Assembly: GCA_032249135.1 (NCBI GenBank)
Contig: JAVVGL010000002.1
Span: forward strand, 23,575 to 87,574
Reading direction: 5' to 3'
Source of the DNA: Candidatus Calescibacterium sp.
GTDB lineage: Bacteria > Calescibacteriota > Calescibacteriia > Calescibacteriales > Calescibacteriaceae
DNA: 64,000 bases
Below are positions 49,729 to 59,365 of this stretch, piece after piece. Position 1 is the stretch's first letter. Every line of letters starts with the position of its first letter. The notes below the pieces were generated by a model. It had not been told where the DNA came from, searched no databases, and was given only the letters and a program-made list of their open reading frames with translations. A program made the translations under genes and the position numbers.

Positions 49729-49851
49729 TTTTGCTTACCTCCTTTTTATCTTGTAATCAAAAAGTGATCTGTTGAGAACTTTATAATGAAAAATTTTTTG
49801 AAGAGCTTGAATGGTTTTACTATTAGCTTAGAAAGCTGCTGGTATAAACCA

Positions 49852-49905
49852 TTAGAAATTGTATTTATGTCAGAAATTATACTTGTGTCAGAAATTATAC
49901 TTGTG
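49852..49905. repeat. Three-copy 18-bp tandem repeat covering the DUF1015 stop
   Basis: TTAGAAATTGTATTTATG followed by two copies of TCAGAAATTATACTTGTG; the two exact copies carry TATAAT on the minus strand. Confidence 0.88.
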
Positions 49906-51088
49906 CGAATGATGTTCTGTTCAAGACAAGCCCCGATGGTATCTTTGGCCAAAAATAAGTTGATTTCGGAGGGAGAACTTTTCCTCTCTTTACAACCTCC
50001 CAAATTTCTCCCATAGATAACGGTTTTGGAATAATGGAGCATCCTATTTCACCCCTTAAAACCTTACTTATAGATTTTAACATATTGTGTTCAAAATCAA
50101 CTGTAATATCTTTTAAAATATATTCATGCAAAACTTCAATGTGAATTTTTTCAGGAATTTTTTTTATTTTGATCTCCAAAGATGAATTATCTCCAAAAAA
50201 GAACAAAAAATCACTGCTTTGGAAAGAAAGAAAAGATAGAGGATTTTCAAACTTTCTATTTTCTCGCAGGTGATTTTTTGAGATCACTATATCTTCTGAT
50301 AAATTAATTTTTTTCTCCTCACCCTTTTTGATTTCTCTCAAAATAGGTAGAATAAGGAAGCCTGAACTTTCATCAGCCAAAAAAGCCATAAAGAATTTCT
50401 CATTTTTCTTCTTTTCATATACATACTTTATCGCATTGAACCTGTGATGCCCATCAGCTATTATGAAATCTTTGTCTTGGAGATCAGAAATTAGTTCAAA
50501 ATCATCTGTCTCAAAAAACTTACAATCAATATCTAAACCATATTCTGATGAGTTATATTTGAAACTAAAAAGCAAGTTAAGCTTTCTTTGGTTTATAGCT
50601 TTTTCGTACCAAGTTCTTATGTTATTCCCCTGCGTGACTAAGAATATCGGACAAGTATTACATCCCGTTTTTTCCAGCAACTCTATTCTATCCTCTATTA
50701 CACGGGGCTTTGTACTTTCATGCTGAAAAATTTTTGCTTCATAAGATACTAATGCAATTATTCCAACGAACTCCCGAAAATTTTTACCATCAAAAAAACT
50801 TTGGGTCAAAACATATAACTTTTCTTTTTCACTCTGAACCAATATATTTTTTCTTATAAAATCTTCAAGGGTTTTTTTAGCGTGGTCATGTCCAAAAGGA
50901 GAAAGAACAACCCTGACATAATTGAATTCACTCCTTTTTAAAAGTTCTTCTTGCATCTTCTCATCTATAACATCGTATGGGGGACAGATTATATCGCTCA
51001 TCTTTTCACTAAAATGTGGAGAATATGTTATTCCTCTAAAAGGTTTTATCACTTCAAAAGATTTCATTGCTTTTTCATTCTCAATCAT
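49895..51088 (-). CDS. DUF1015 family protein
   Basis: PFRG, PPYDVI, HEST, IADGHHR, PKSTYFWPK. Confidence 0.9.
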   Translation of the reverse strand: MIENEKAMKSFEVIKPFRGITYSPHFSEKMSDIICPPYDVIDEKMQEELLKRSEFNYVRVVLSPFGHDHAKKTLEDFIRKNILVQSEKEKLYVLTQSFFDGKNFREFVGIIALVSYEAKIFQHESTKPRVIEDRIELLEKTGCNTCPIFLVTQGNNIRTWYEKAINQRKLNLLFSFKYNSSEYGLDIDCKFFETDDFELISDLQDKDFIIADGHHRFNAIKYVYEKKKNEKFFMAFLADESSGFLILPILREIKKGEEKKINLSEDIVISKNHLRENRKFENPLSFLSFQSSDFLFFFGDNSSLEIKIKKIPEKIHIEVLHEYILKDITVDFEHNMLKSISKVLRGEIGCSIIPKPLSMGEIWEVVKRGKVLPPKSTYFWPKIPSGLVLNRTSFAQV

Positions 51089-52824
51089 CTATCAAGCTCC
51101 CCAGCGACTATATTTATACTTCCCAAAACAGCAACAAAATCTGCAAGTTTATGTCCCAAAACCATATGTCTGAAAGCTTGATATATAGCAAAACAAGGAG
51201 GTCTTGTTCTTATTCTCCAAGGGGTTCTTTTTCCAACAGAAATAGCAAAAAATCCGAGCTCACCATTTGCCGCTTCTCCACCAAAATAATACCAGCCATA
51301 AGGAGGAACAACTCCCTCTACAATACCTTTGAAGTGATGAATGAGAGCTTCTATTTGAGTATAAACATATTTTTTATCTGGTAAGGTTGGCAAATTAGCG
51401 AGCTTATCTGATTTTATTCTTATTCCATCATCTGGTAGATTATCAAGAGCTTGTCTTATTATTTTAGCACTTTGAACCATCTCCTCCATTCTCACAAGAT
51501 ACCTTGAATAAACATCTCCTTCGGTTGCTATTGGGATTTCAAAATCAAACTCATCATACAAACCATAAGGCTGGACTTTTCTTATATCCCATGCTACACC
51601 AGAGCCACGCAAAGAAGGACCGGTAAATCCCCATTCAATAGCCTCCTCAGCAGAAATGACTCCAATTTTGCGAGTTCTATCTATGAAAATTCTGTTTTTA
51701 GTAAGAAGGTTATCAACATCTTTTAGAGCTCTTGGTAAAAGTTCATCTATAATATATCTTATTTTCTGGATTGTTTTTTCATCTAAATCTCTTCTTACTC
51801 CTCCGAAAGATGTTCCCGATGTTGTAAGACGAGCCCCGACAGCCCACTCAAAAACCGAATATATCTCCTCTCTTACCTTGAAAAAGTACCAGAAAGGAGT
51901 GAGAGCTCCGAGATCAACAGCCATAGTGCCAATTGATACAAGATGATCTGCAATACGAGAAAGTTCTCCTAAAATCACCCTTATATATTTTGCCCTGCGC
52001 GGGACATCATCCCATATACCAAGCCACCTTTCAATCATTTCGGTGTAAATCATGTTGTTAAGGTAAGCAGAAAGATAGTTTAATCTATCTGTCATAGGAA
52101 TGAAGTCTTCCCATCTCATATTTTCACCATTTTTTTCAACTCCTCGGTGCAAGTATCCTATTTCAAGGTCTACTCCTATTATGTCTTCTCCTTCAAGCTC
52201 AAATATCATTCTGAATGTTCCGTGAGTTGCAGGATGGGTTGGACCAACATTAATTATCATCCTTGAACCTTCCTCAAAAACATCCTCTGGTTTTTCCTTT
52301 CCAGGAAGTCTTACAAACCTTGGGGTATATTTTGTTCCTATGTATTCCTTGACACCTTTTGTTGGGAAATCTTTTCTAAGTGGATGTCCCTCAAAATCCT
52401 CAGGGAGCATTATTCTTCTGAGATCCGGGTGTCCTTCAAACTTTATGCCCAAAAGATCATAAACTTCTCTTTCAAACCAATCTGCACCGCGGAAAAGTTT
52501 TGTAGATGATGGTACAGGAGTTGAATCATCAGCTGGAACAATTACTCTTACTCTCTCATTTTGCGGTATTTTCAAAAAATGATATATTACGGCAAATCTT
52601 GTTTTTACACCTGCATACTCTTTGAGCCTTTCGTTATCGTAAAAATCTACTCCGAAAAGGTCTAAGATCATATTGAATCCATCCTCTTTGAGTTTTTGTT
52701 CAAACATAATAAGGTTTTGAGGTTTCACAACAAATTCAGGCATATCTCTTAAAGTGGAACGCTCGTATAGACCCTCTGTCAAGATTCTTACTTTCTCATA
52801 AATTTCCTGTTTCGTTTTTCCCAT
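51085..52824 (-). CDS. nuoCD: Fused NADH-quinone oxidoreductase subunit C/D
   Basis: EREVYDLLG..F.GHPDLRR, GHPLRKDFP, NVGPTHPATHG, GYLHRG, DRLNY, GELDR; start reassigned to MGKTKQ. Confidence 0.93.
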   Translation of the reverse strand: MGKTKQEIYEKVRILTEGLYERSTLRDMPEFVVKPQNLIMFEQKLKEDGFNMILDLFGVDFYDNERLKEYAGVKTRFAVIYHFLKIPQNERVRVIVPADDSTPVPSSTKLFRGADWFEREVYDLLGIKFEGHPDLRRIMLPEDFEGHPLRKDFPTKGVKEYIGTKYTPRFVRLPGKEKPEDVFEEGSRMIINVGPTHPATHGTFRMIFELEGEDIIGVDLEIGYLHRGVEKNGENMRWEDFIPMTDRLNYLSAYLNNMIYTEMIERWLGIWDDVPRRAKYIRVILGELSRIADHLVSIGTMAVDLGALTPFWYFFKVREEIYSVFEWAVGARLTTSGTSFGGVRRDLDEKTIQKIRYIIDELLPRALKDVDNLLTKNRIFIDRTRKIGVISAEEAIEWGFTGPSLRGSGVAWDIRKVQPYGLYDEFDFEIPIATEGDVYSRYLVRMEEMVQSAKIIRQALDNLPDDGIRIKSDKLANLPTLPDKKYVYTQIEALIHHFKGIVEGVVPPYGWYYFGGEAANGELGFFAISVGKRTPWRIRTRPPCFAIYQAFRHMVLGHKLADFVAVLGSINIVAGELDR

Positions 52825-53017
52825 AATTTTAGATTTTTCTTGAAATCTTAAAATTTGATTTTTGCTGTTTTTTTGTTCATTTTTACCCCGTAATAAAAAA
52901 ATAAAATCGTCTTTACGATTTGAAAACAAAAAGGAAAAAATAAAAATAAAGAGAATTTAAAAAAATCATTCAAAATGACAAATGATATATTTGGACTTAA
53001 AGTTCTTATTGAAATAG

Positions 53018-53782
53018 ATGAAGGTCATTTCAATATTTTCTGAAAAAGGAGGAGTAGGAAAGACAACAATTGCAACAAATCTTGCAGTAAGTTTCGCAAG
53101 GAAAGACTATAAAACTTTGATAATAGATATGGACCCCCAGGGTCATGTTGCGAAACTTTTTGGAGTTGAGCCAGCAAAAAGAAGAATTCTTGAACTGCTC
53201 TTGAAAGGAAACATACAGAATATACAGAATGAAGTAATAAAGGGAACAAGAATTCAGAAACTTTTTGTCCTGCCATCTGATTGGTCGCTCGCGGACTTTA
53301 CAGTAAATGTAGCACGAGATCCAACAAGACATCTGAAATTGAAGATTTTAATAAACAACATCAAAGATATGTTTGATGTAATACTTATAGATTCCCCACC
53401 CTCTTTGGAACTGATAACTTTAAATATTTTGCTTGCATCAGAGGGTTTAATAATTCCTGTTGCTCTCACATATCTTGGACTTGTAGGTACGGCTTCAACA
53501 ATAAAAATAATAAGCCAAACAAAAAAAGCTTTTAACTACTCCCCAGGAATTATAGCTTTTGTCCCAAATTTTTATGATGATTCACCCTTTACAAAAGAGC
53601 TACTTTCAAGGCTCAGGGAAAAACTTGGTAAATTAGTCTCAAAAACAATAATTCACAAAGACTACGAGATAGACAAATCTCAAAGCTATTCCGCTACGGT
53701 TGTTGAAGTATCACCGGAGTCAGTAGCAGCAAAAGATTTTGAGAACTTAGCAGACGAAATAATACTCAAAATAGGAATTTAA
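53018..53782 (+). CDS. ParA/Soj family ATPase (orphan)
   Basis: KGGVGKTT, IDMDPQG, IDSPPSL. Confidence 0.92.
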   Translation: MKVISIFSEKGGVGKTTIATNLAVSFARKDYKTLIIDMDPQGHVAKLFGVEPAKRRILELLLKGNIQNIQNEVIKGTRIQKLFVLPSDWSLADFTVNVARDPTRHLKLKILINNIKDMFDVILIDSPPSLELITLNILLASEGLIIPVALTYLGLVGTASTIKIISQTKKAFNYSPGIIAFVPNFYDDSPFTKELLSRLREKLGKLVSKTIIHKDYEIDKSQSYSATVVEVSPESVAAKDFENLADEIILKIGI

Positions 53783-53790
53783 TAAATGAA

Positions 53791-53826
53791 TAACATCTCC
53801 CGAATAAGGGCTAACATCTTCCGAAT
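53791..53826. repeat. 15-bp direct repeat (period 21) duplicating the mutL 3' end
   Basis: TAACATCTCCCGAAT / TAACATCTTCCGAAT. Confidence 0.75.
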
Positions 53827-55529
53827 CTTCTCTCGAGTTCATCTATTGAGATTTTTATAACGGCAGGTCTTCCGTGTGGACATCTTTGATTTGGGTCAAA
53901 GTCTTGTAAAATAAAAGCAACATCCCAAATATTCAGACTATCTCCTTTTCTTATAGCGTTTCTGCAAGAATATGAGGCTAAAAATTTATCTCTTGCAGAT
54001 TCATCAAATCCTTCCTGAAACTCCTGAAAAAAATCCGCAAGATCAACACCGGAAAGATAAGAAGGTATAGATCTGATAAGAATTTTGTTGCCATCAATAT
54101 CAAATTCAAGTCCAATTTTCTCAAAATCATCTTTATGAGACAAAACACTCTCAACTGATGTCTTCGGTAATTCTATCTCAAAAGGTATAACAAACCTCAA
54201 TTTTTCAAATTTATCTGTGCTGAGTTTACTTCTCATTTCAGCGTAAAGTTTTCCTTCGTGATATGCGTGAATATCTACTATATAAACTTCGCCCTCCCAC
54301 TCAACAAAAGCAAAAATATCACCTAAAATTGTAAGAATTTTTGGAGATACCCTAACAATCTTTTCCTGATATACTTGATATTCTCCCTCCTCTTTTCCTT
54401 TTTTCTTCTCTTTCTCCTTTCCTTCTTCCTTTTCCAGTTCCCATTTTTTCTCAACACTTACGGTTCTTACATCATATTGTTGTTGTTCCCGTTGAAAGTT
54501 AGAGGGAAGGATGGATTTAACTTTGTGTCTTATTGCTTCTTCAATGGCAGTTATGACGACCTCTTTTATTTTCAGTGGAGAACGCCATCTTATTTCGGTT
54601 TTTGTAGGATTTACATTCACATCATAAAACTCGGGGGGACAATTCATAAATAGTATGAAATCCGAATTTTTAAGAAATGAAAATTTAGAAATAGCAGAAA
54701 AAATAGTTTTGTCTTTGACATATCTTTTGTTCACAAAAAACCACCTTCCTACCCCAACCTTATCTTTATAGATTATTCCCTCAACACTTATATCTCCAAC
54801 CGATAGGAAAACCTCAAAACTATCTTTTTTTGTTTTGTCTTCACCAAAAATTGCGGATATTGTATCTTTTATGGTTCTTCCGGGTTTCAAGTTAAGATAA
54901 ACTTCACCTGATCTTATGAGCTTGAAGTGGACTTTCGGAAAAGTCAAAGCAAACCTTGTAAAAACATCTAATATATATGAAAACTCAATTCTTTCTCCTG
55001 CCAGAAATTTTTTTCTTGCAGGAACATTAAAAAATAGGTCTTTGACAATAACATGAGTTCCTCCATCTAAATAAACTTTCTTTACTCCCTTGAATTTTCC
55101 TCCCTCTATATAAACTTCTGTTCCTAAATCTTCTGATATGTGCTTTGATCTTATGGTAGTTTTTGACACAAGTGAGATAGCGTGAAGAGCTTCTCCTCTG
55201 AAACCGAAGGTTCTAATTGAAAAGAGGTCGTTTTCATCTTTTATTTTGCTTGTGGCGTGCTTCCTGAAGCACAATAGAACATCTTTTTCTGTCATTCCCT
55301 CACCATCATCAAAAACGGAAATTTCATCTTTGGTGTCGATATTAACTTCTATGTAGTTTGCTCCTGCATCCAAAGAATTTTCCACAAGTTCTTTGACTAC
55401 GGATGCTGGTCTTTCCACAACTTCACCGGCAGCGATAAGTTGAGCAACTTTTTCAGGTAAAACAAATATTTTTCCGGGTACTTTACCTTGATTCAAATTT
55501 ACTGAATCGTTTTCCATATCATCCCTCAT
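53811..55529 (-). CDS. mutL: DNA mismatch repair endonuclease MutL
   Basis: AAGEVVERP..VKELVENS, HATSK, GFRGEAL, DIHAYHE, SCR, CPHGRP. Confidence 0.96.
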   Translation of the reverse strand: MRDDMENDSVNLNQGKVPGKIFVLPEKVAQLIAAGEVVERPASVVKELVENSLDAGANYIEVNIDTKDEISVFDDGEGMTEKDVLLCFRKHATSKIKDENDLFSIRTFGFRGEALHAISLVSKTTIRSKHISEDLGTEVYIEGGKFKGVKKVYLDGGTHVIVKDLFFNVPARKKFLAGERIEFSYILDVFTRFALTFPKVHFKLIRSGEVYLNLKPGRTIKDTISAIFGEDKTKKDSFEVFLSVGDISVEGIIYKDKVGVGRWFFVNKRYVKDKTIFSAISKFSFLKNSDFILFMNCPPEFYDVNVNPTKTEIRWRSPLKIKEVVITAIEEAIRHKVKSILPSNFQREQQQYDVRTVSVEKKWELEKEEGKEKEKKKGKEEGEYQVYQEKIVRVSPKILTILGDIFAFVEWEGEVYIVDIHAYHEGKLYAEMRSKLSTDKFEKLRFVIPFEIELPKTSVESVLSHKDDFEKIGLEFDIDGNKILIRSIPSYLSGVDLADFFQEFQEGFDESARDKFLASYSCRNAIRKGDSLNIWDVAFILQDFDPNQRCPHGRPAVIKISIDELERRFGRC

Positions 55530-55557
55530 AATAACATCTTCTTATACATAATCAAAT

Positions 55558-56790
55558 TTAAGTTCCTTCTTCCCAGGATTGCAAATATTTTATTTGTTCC
55601 TCTGTGAGCTTTTCCAACTTTACTCCCATAGATTTAAGTTTGAGCTCAGCAACAAGATTATCTATTTCGTCTGGAACTTTATAAACTTTTTTTTCAAGTT
55701 TGTTGTGGTTTTCAAAGATGTATTTTACTGAAAGGGCTTGATTTGCAAAAGACATATCCATAACATGAGGTGGATGTCCTTCCGCAGCTGCGAGATTCAC
55801 AAGTCTTCCCTCTGCAAGGACAAAAATTCTTTTTCCATCAATAATATATTCTTCAACGTATGGTCTCACCTGCCTTGGTTTTGAGATTTGTTTGAGTTTT
55901 GATATTTCAATTTCAACATCAAAGTGTCCAGAGTTAGCCAAAATCGCTCCATCTTTCATCTTTAATATGTGCTCCAATCTTATGACAGATTTGTTTCCTG
56001 TAACTGTGACAAAAATATCACCGATCTTGGCAGCTGAATCCATATCCATAACTTCGTAACCATCAAGTAAGGCTTCAAGTGCTTTTATTGGATCAACCTC
56101 AACTACGATAACATGAGCCCCCATGCCACGAGCTCTCATAGCGACACCCTTTCCGCACATTCCATAACCTGCAACGACAAACTTTTTACCTGCAAGAAGA
56201 ATGTTTGTTGCTCTCAAAATTCCATCTATTGTGCTTTGTCCTGTACCGTATCTATTATCAAAAAGATGTTTTGTTTTTGCATCGTTAACAGCAATAACTG
56301 GGAACTTCAAAACCCCATCTTTTTCCATAGCTTTGAGTCTTATGACTCCCGTTGTGGTTTCCTCTGTTCCCCCCAGTGGTATAACATTTTTTTTGTGAGC
56401 GTAAGATGTAAGATCTGCTCCATCATCAACGGTGACATCAGGTTTTTTAGATAAAACAGCTTCTATATGCTGGTAGTATACTTCATTTGATTCGCCCTTT
56501 ATTGCATAGACATCTATTCCTTCTGAAACAAGATAAGCAGCAACTTCATCCTGCGTTGAAAGTGGATTTGAAGCACATAAATAGACATCAGCTCCACCGG
56601 CTTTCAAGGTAAGAACTAAATTTGCAGTCTCAGAGGTAACATGAAGACAACAACCTACTTTCACTCCTTTTAGAGGTTTAGTTTTCTCAAATTCCTCCCT
56701 TATTAGCCTTATCACAGGCATATTAAAGTATGCCCATTCTACCTTGTTTTTGCCTTGCTCACTCAACTTAGGATCTTTTATATCAGGCAT
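55558..56790 (-). CDS. ahcY: Adenosylhomocysteinase
   Basis: [40 protein letters not shown]. Confidence 0.98.
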   Translation of the reverse strand: MPDIKDPKLSEQGKNKVEWAYFNMPVIRLIREEFEKTKPLKGVKVGCCLHVTSETANLVLTLKAGGADVYLCASNPLSTQDEVAAYLVSEGIDVYAIKGESNEVYYQHIEAVLSKKPDVTVDDGADLTSYAHKKNVIPLGGTEETTTGVIRLKAMEKDGVLKFPVIAVNDAKTKHLFDNRYGTGQSTIDGILRATNILLAGKKFVVAGYGMCGKGVAMRARGMGAHVIVVEVDPIKALEALLDGYEVMDMDSAAKIGDIFVTVTGNKSVIRLEHILKMKDGAILANSGHFDVEIEISKLKQISKPRQVRPYVEEYIIDGKRIFVLAEGRLVNLAAAEGHPPHVMDMSFANQALSVKYIFENHNKLEKKVYKVPDEIDNLVAELKLKSMGVKLEKLTEEQIKYLQSWEEGT

Positions 56791-56971
56791 AGTGATTTTA
56801 TTTTTAGTGGAAGATCACTGATTTTGTTTTTTACCCGAACTTTTCCAAAAAGCAATAATTAGCCTATTTTTTAACGATGACTGTAAAAAAGACCGGCAGT
56901 TCATTACTAAAAATGAGAAGATTTGACTTAAAATGGAGAAATTTTGAGGTCAGATATTTTAAAATTTTTAT

Positions 56972-58021
56972 ATGAGATCCGCTCTATTTGTTTTCTCTAT
57001 ATTTTCGCTATGTGCAATAGGACTTCTGTTCATTTTTGGAATATCACCTATAAGGGGTGGATATGATCAATATCTTATGTTCAAAAAACAAGTCATAGCA
57101 GTTGTAATAGGAGTTGTACTTATGTTTCTTATTTCACAACTTTCACCTGATATATTGAGAAGGATCTCAGTTCCAATTTTTATCATCTGTTTCGCAGGAG
57201 TTATATCAACATTATTTTTAGGAAAAGGAAGCGCAAAAAGATGGCTCTATTTTCCCGGATTCTCAATTCAACCTGTGGAATTTTTCAAAGTATCTTATAT
57301 TATCCTTCTGTCTAATTTGCTCTCAAAAATTAAACATGAAATAGATATATACGGATTTTTACTTTTTGTTCTGGCAAACGTAATTTTTACACTCCCTATT
57401 CTTCTTCAACCAGATTACGGAAACTTTATTATAATTTTTTCAATCACTACTTTTCTCCTTTTCATAAAGGGAGTAAAAATAAGATACATCTTATCTTTGC
57501 TGATACCTGCAATTCCCGCGTTTCTTGCACTTATATTTTTTTCTCCATACAGAATGAAAAGGATATTGGCATTTTTATCACCCTGGGATGACCCACAAGG
57601 GAAAGGATTTCAGATAATACAATCTATGATTTCTTACTCTGCGGGAGGAATAAATGGATCAGGTATAGGAGAGGGGATGCAGAAACTTTTTTTCCTACCA
57701 GCTGCTCATACAGATTTTATAATATCTTCAATAGCAGAGGAAACTGGTCTTATAGGTATAACAGCAATTGTAATGCTCTTTTCAGTAATAACTTTTATTG
57801 GCTTTTCAACTGCAAAAAATATAAAAGATGAATTCTCAAAAATTTTAATTGCAGGAATTACATTCATGCTCTCAATTGAGGTAGTAATAAACTTATTTGT
57901 ATCGGTCGGTCTTTTACCAGCAAAGGGATTACCCTTGCCATTTGTGAGCTATGGGGGTTCATCTATAATATCATCTTTCATAGCAGCAGGCATAATTTTA
58001 CAAAGTATAACAAAAGAGTAG
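56972..58021 (+). CDS. ftsW: SEDS-family peptidoglycan polymerase FtsW
   Basis: KRW, QPVEFFK, QPDYG, PYRMKRI..FLSPW, QKLFFLPAAHTDF, AKGLPLPFVSYGGSS. Confidence 0.92.
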   Translation: MRSALFVFSIFSLCAIGLLFIFGISPIRGGYDQYLMFKKQVIAVVIGVVLMFLISQLSPDILRRISVPIFIICFAGVISTLFLGKGSAKRWLYFPGFSIQPVEFFKVSYIILLSNLLSKIKHEIDIYGFLLFVLANVIFTLPILLQPDYGNFIIIFSITTFLLFIKGVKIRYILSLLIPAIPAFLALIFFSPYRMKRILAFLSPWDDPQGKGFQIIQSMISYSAGGINGSGIGEGMQKLFFLPAAHTDFIISSIAEETGLIGITAIVMLFSVITFIGFSTAKNIKDEFSKILIAGITFMLSIEVVINLFVSVGLLPAKGLPLPFVSYGGSSIISSFIAAGIILQSITKE

Positions 58022-58038
58022 AAAAAGAAAATATCTGC

Positions 58039-58078
58039 TTGATCTGATCAGAAAAAATTTGATCCGATCAGAAAAAAT
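58039..58078. repeat. 20-bp tandem duplication between convergent ftsW and pntA
   Basis: TTGATCTGATCAGAAAAAAT / TTGATCCGATCAGAAAAAAT. Confidence 0.85.
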
Positions 58079-58109
58079 CAGAAATTTTAGCTCAAAGGTT
58101 TTCTATCTT

Positions 58110-59264
58110 TTAAATTTCACCGAGAACTTTTCTAACAAGTGGACTCACAATCTTACCATCATGACAAACAGCGGTATCTCTTATTATCTCATCCTCAAAG
58201 TTGAGAACTATTTTCCCATCAACTAAAAGCAACCTTATAAAATTTGCTATATTTTTAGAGTAAAGAAATGAAGAATCACGAGGATAGTAATTTGCAGGAT
58301 TGACCATACCTATTATTTTTACTCCTCTGAAATCTACAATTTTTCCAGGTTCTGTCAGCTCGCAATTTCCACCTTTTTCAGCTGCAAGATCCACAATTAC
58401 AGAACCTGGTCTCATTTTCTCAACCATATCGCGTGTTATAAGAACAGGAGCTTTTTTTCCCGGAACCATAGCAGTAGATATAACAACATCGGCAGCAGCG
58501 ACATGTTCAGCCATAAGTTCTCTCTGCTTTTTGTAGAACTCTTCCCCCATAGCTTTTGCGTATCCACCCTCTGCTCTTGCTTCTTCTGTTTCAAGACCGA
58601 GCTCAACAAACTTTGCCCCAACACTTTGCACTTGCTCCTTTGTTTCAGGTCTTATATCATATCCCTCAACAACAGCTCCGAGTTTTTTAGATAAAGCCAT
58701 GGCTTGAAGTCCAGCAACTCCCGCACCTATGACAAAAACTTTTGCAGGCTTTATAGTCCCACCAGCAGTCATATAGAGAGGAAAGATCTTATCAAGATGT
58801 TTTGCAGCCTCAATAACTGCTGCATAACCTGCAATCGTTGCCATAGAAGAGAGAGCATCCATGCTTTGAGCCCGAGATATACGAGGAATAAGTTCAACAG
58901 AAAATGCAGTAACTTTTTTCTCTGCTATCTTTTTTATAACTTCCGGATACGCAAGAGGCTCCAAAAATCCCATTATTATTTTTCCTTCTTTCAGTAAAGG
59001 CAGATCTCTTTCCTCAACCTCCCGAGAAGCACCGGGACCTCTTACATATAAGATTATATCTGATTTTTCAAGAACTTCTTCACGAGATTCAGCTATTTCA
59101 ACGCCAACTTTTTTGTAATCCTCATCTGAAATAAAAATTCCTTCTCCGTACCCCTTCTCTACGATTACTTTTGCACCCTTTTTTATGTATTGTTGTGCTA
59201 CCTCTGGAATTATTGCAACGCGCCTTTCACCAGGGAATAACTCTTTTACTCCCCCTATTATCAT
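58110..59264 (-). CDS. pntA: NAD(P) transhydrogenase alpha-1 (soluble dI) subunit
   Basis: GERRVA, PRISRAQSMDALSS, GAGVAGL, GGYAK, DLAAEKGGNC. Confidence 0.95.
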   Translation of the reverse strand: MIIGGVKELFPGERRVAIIPEVAQQYIKKGAKVIVEKGYGEGIFISDEDYKKVGVEIAESREEVLEKSDIILYVRGPGASREVEERDLPLLKEGKIIMGFLEPLAYPEVIKKIAEKKVTAFSVELIPRISRAQSMDALSSMATIAGYAAVIEAAKHLDKIFPLYMTAGGTIKPAKVFVIGAGVAGLQAMALSKKLGAVVEGYDIRPETKEQVQSVGAKFVELGLETEEARAEGGYAKAMGEEFYKKQRELMAEHVAAADVVISTAMVPGKKAPVLITRDMVEKMRPGSVIVDLAAEKGGNCELTEPGKIVDFRGVKIIGMVNPANYYPRDSSFLYSKNIANFIRLLLVDGKIVLNFEDEIIRDTAVCHDGKIVSPLVRKVLGEI

Positions 59265-59365
59265 ACCCTATATTTTTTTTATGCCACCGAAACTTTCCTC
59301 TTTGACAGGAATTTACAAATAAAAAGAAAAAAAGAAAAAAATAAATATTGAATTATTGAAATATA

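Noticed and set aside
49852..49905. Possible CRISPR mini-array
   Set aside because: The units are contiguous 18-mers without spacers, and there are no cas genes in the window
49746..50042. 98-aa ORF with TSIISD repeats as a RiPP precursor for the radical SAM enzyme
   Set aside because: It overlaps the DUF1015 gene out of frame, has no SD, and the peptide repeat simply reflects the DNA duplication
51085..52824. Group 4 [NiFe]-hydrogenase large subunit
   Set aside because: No Ni-binding CxxC pairs; the motifs are those of NuoC/D
56791..56971. SAH/SAM riboswitch upstream of ahcY
   Set aside because: No recognisable conserved core or stable structure; the region is AT-rich
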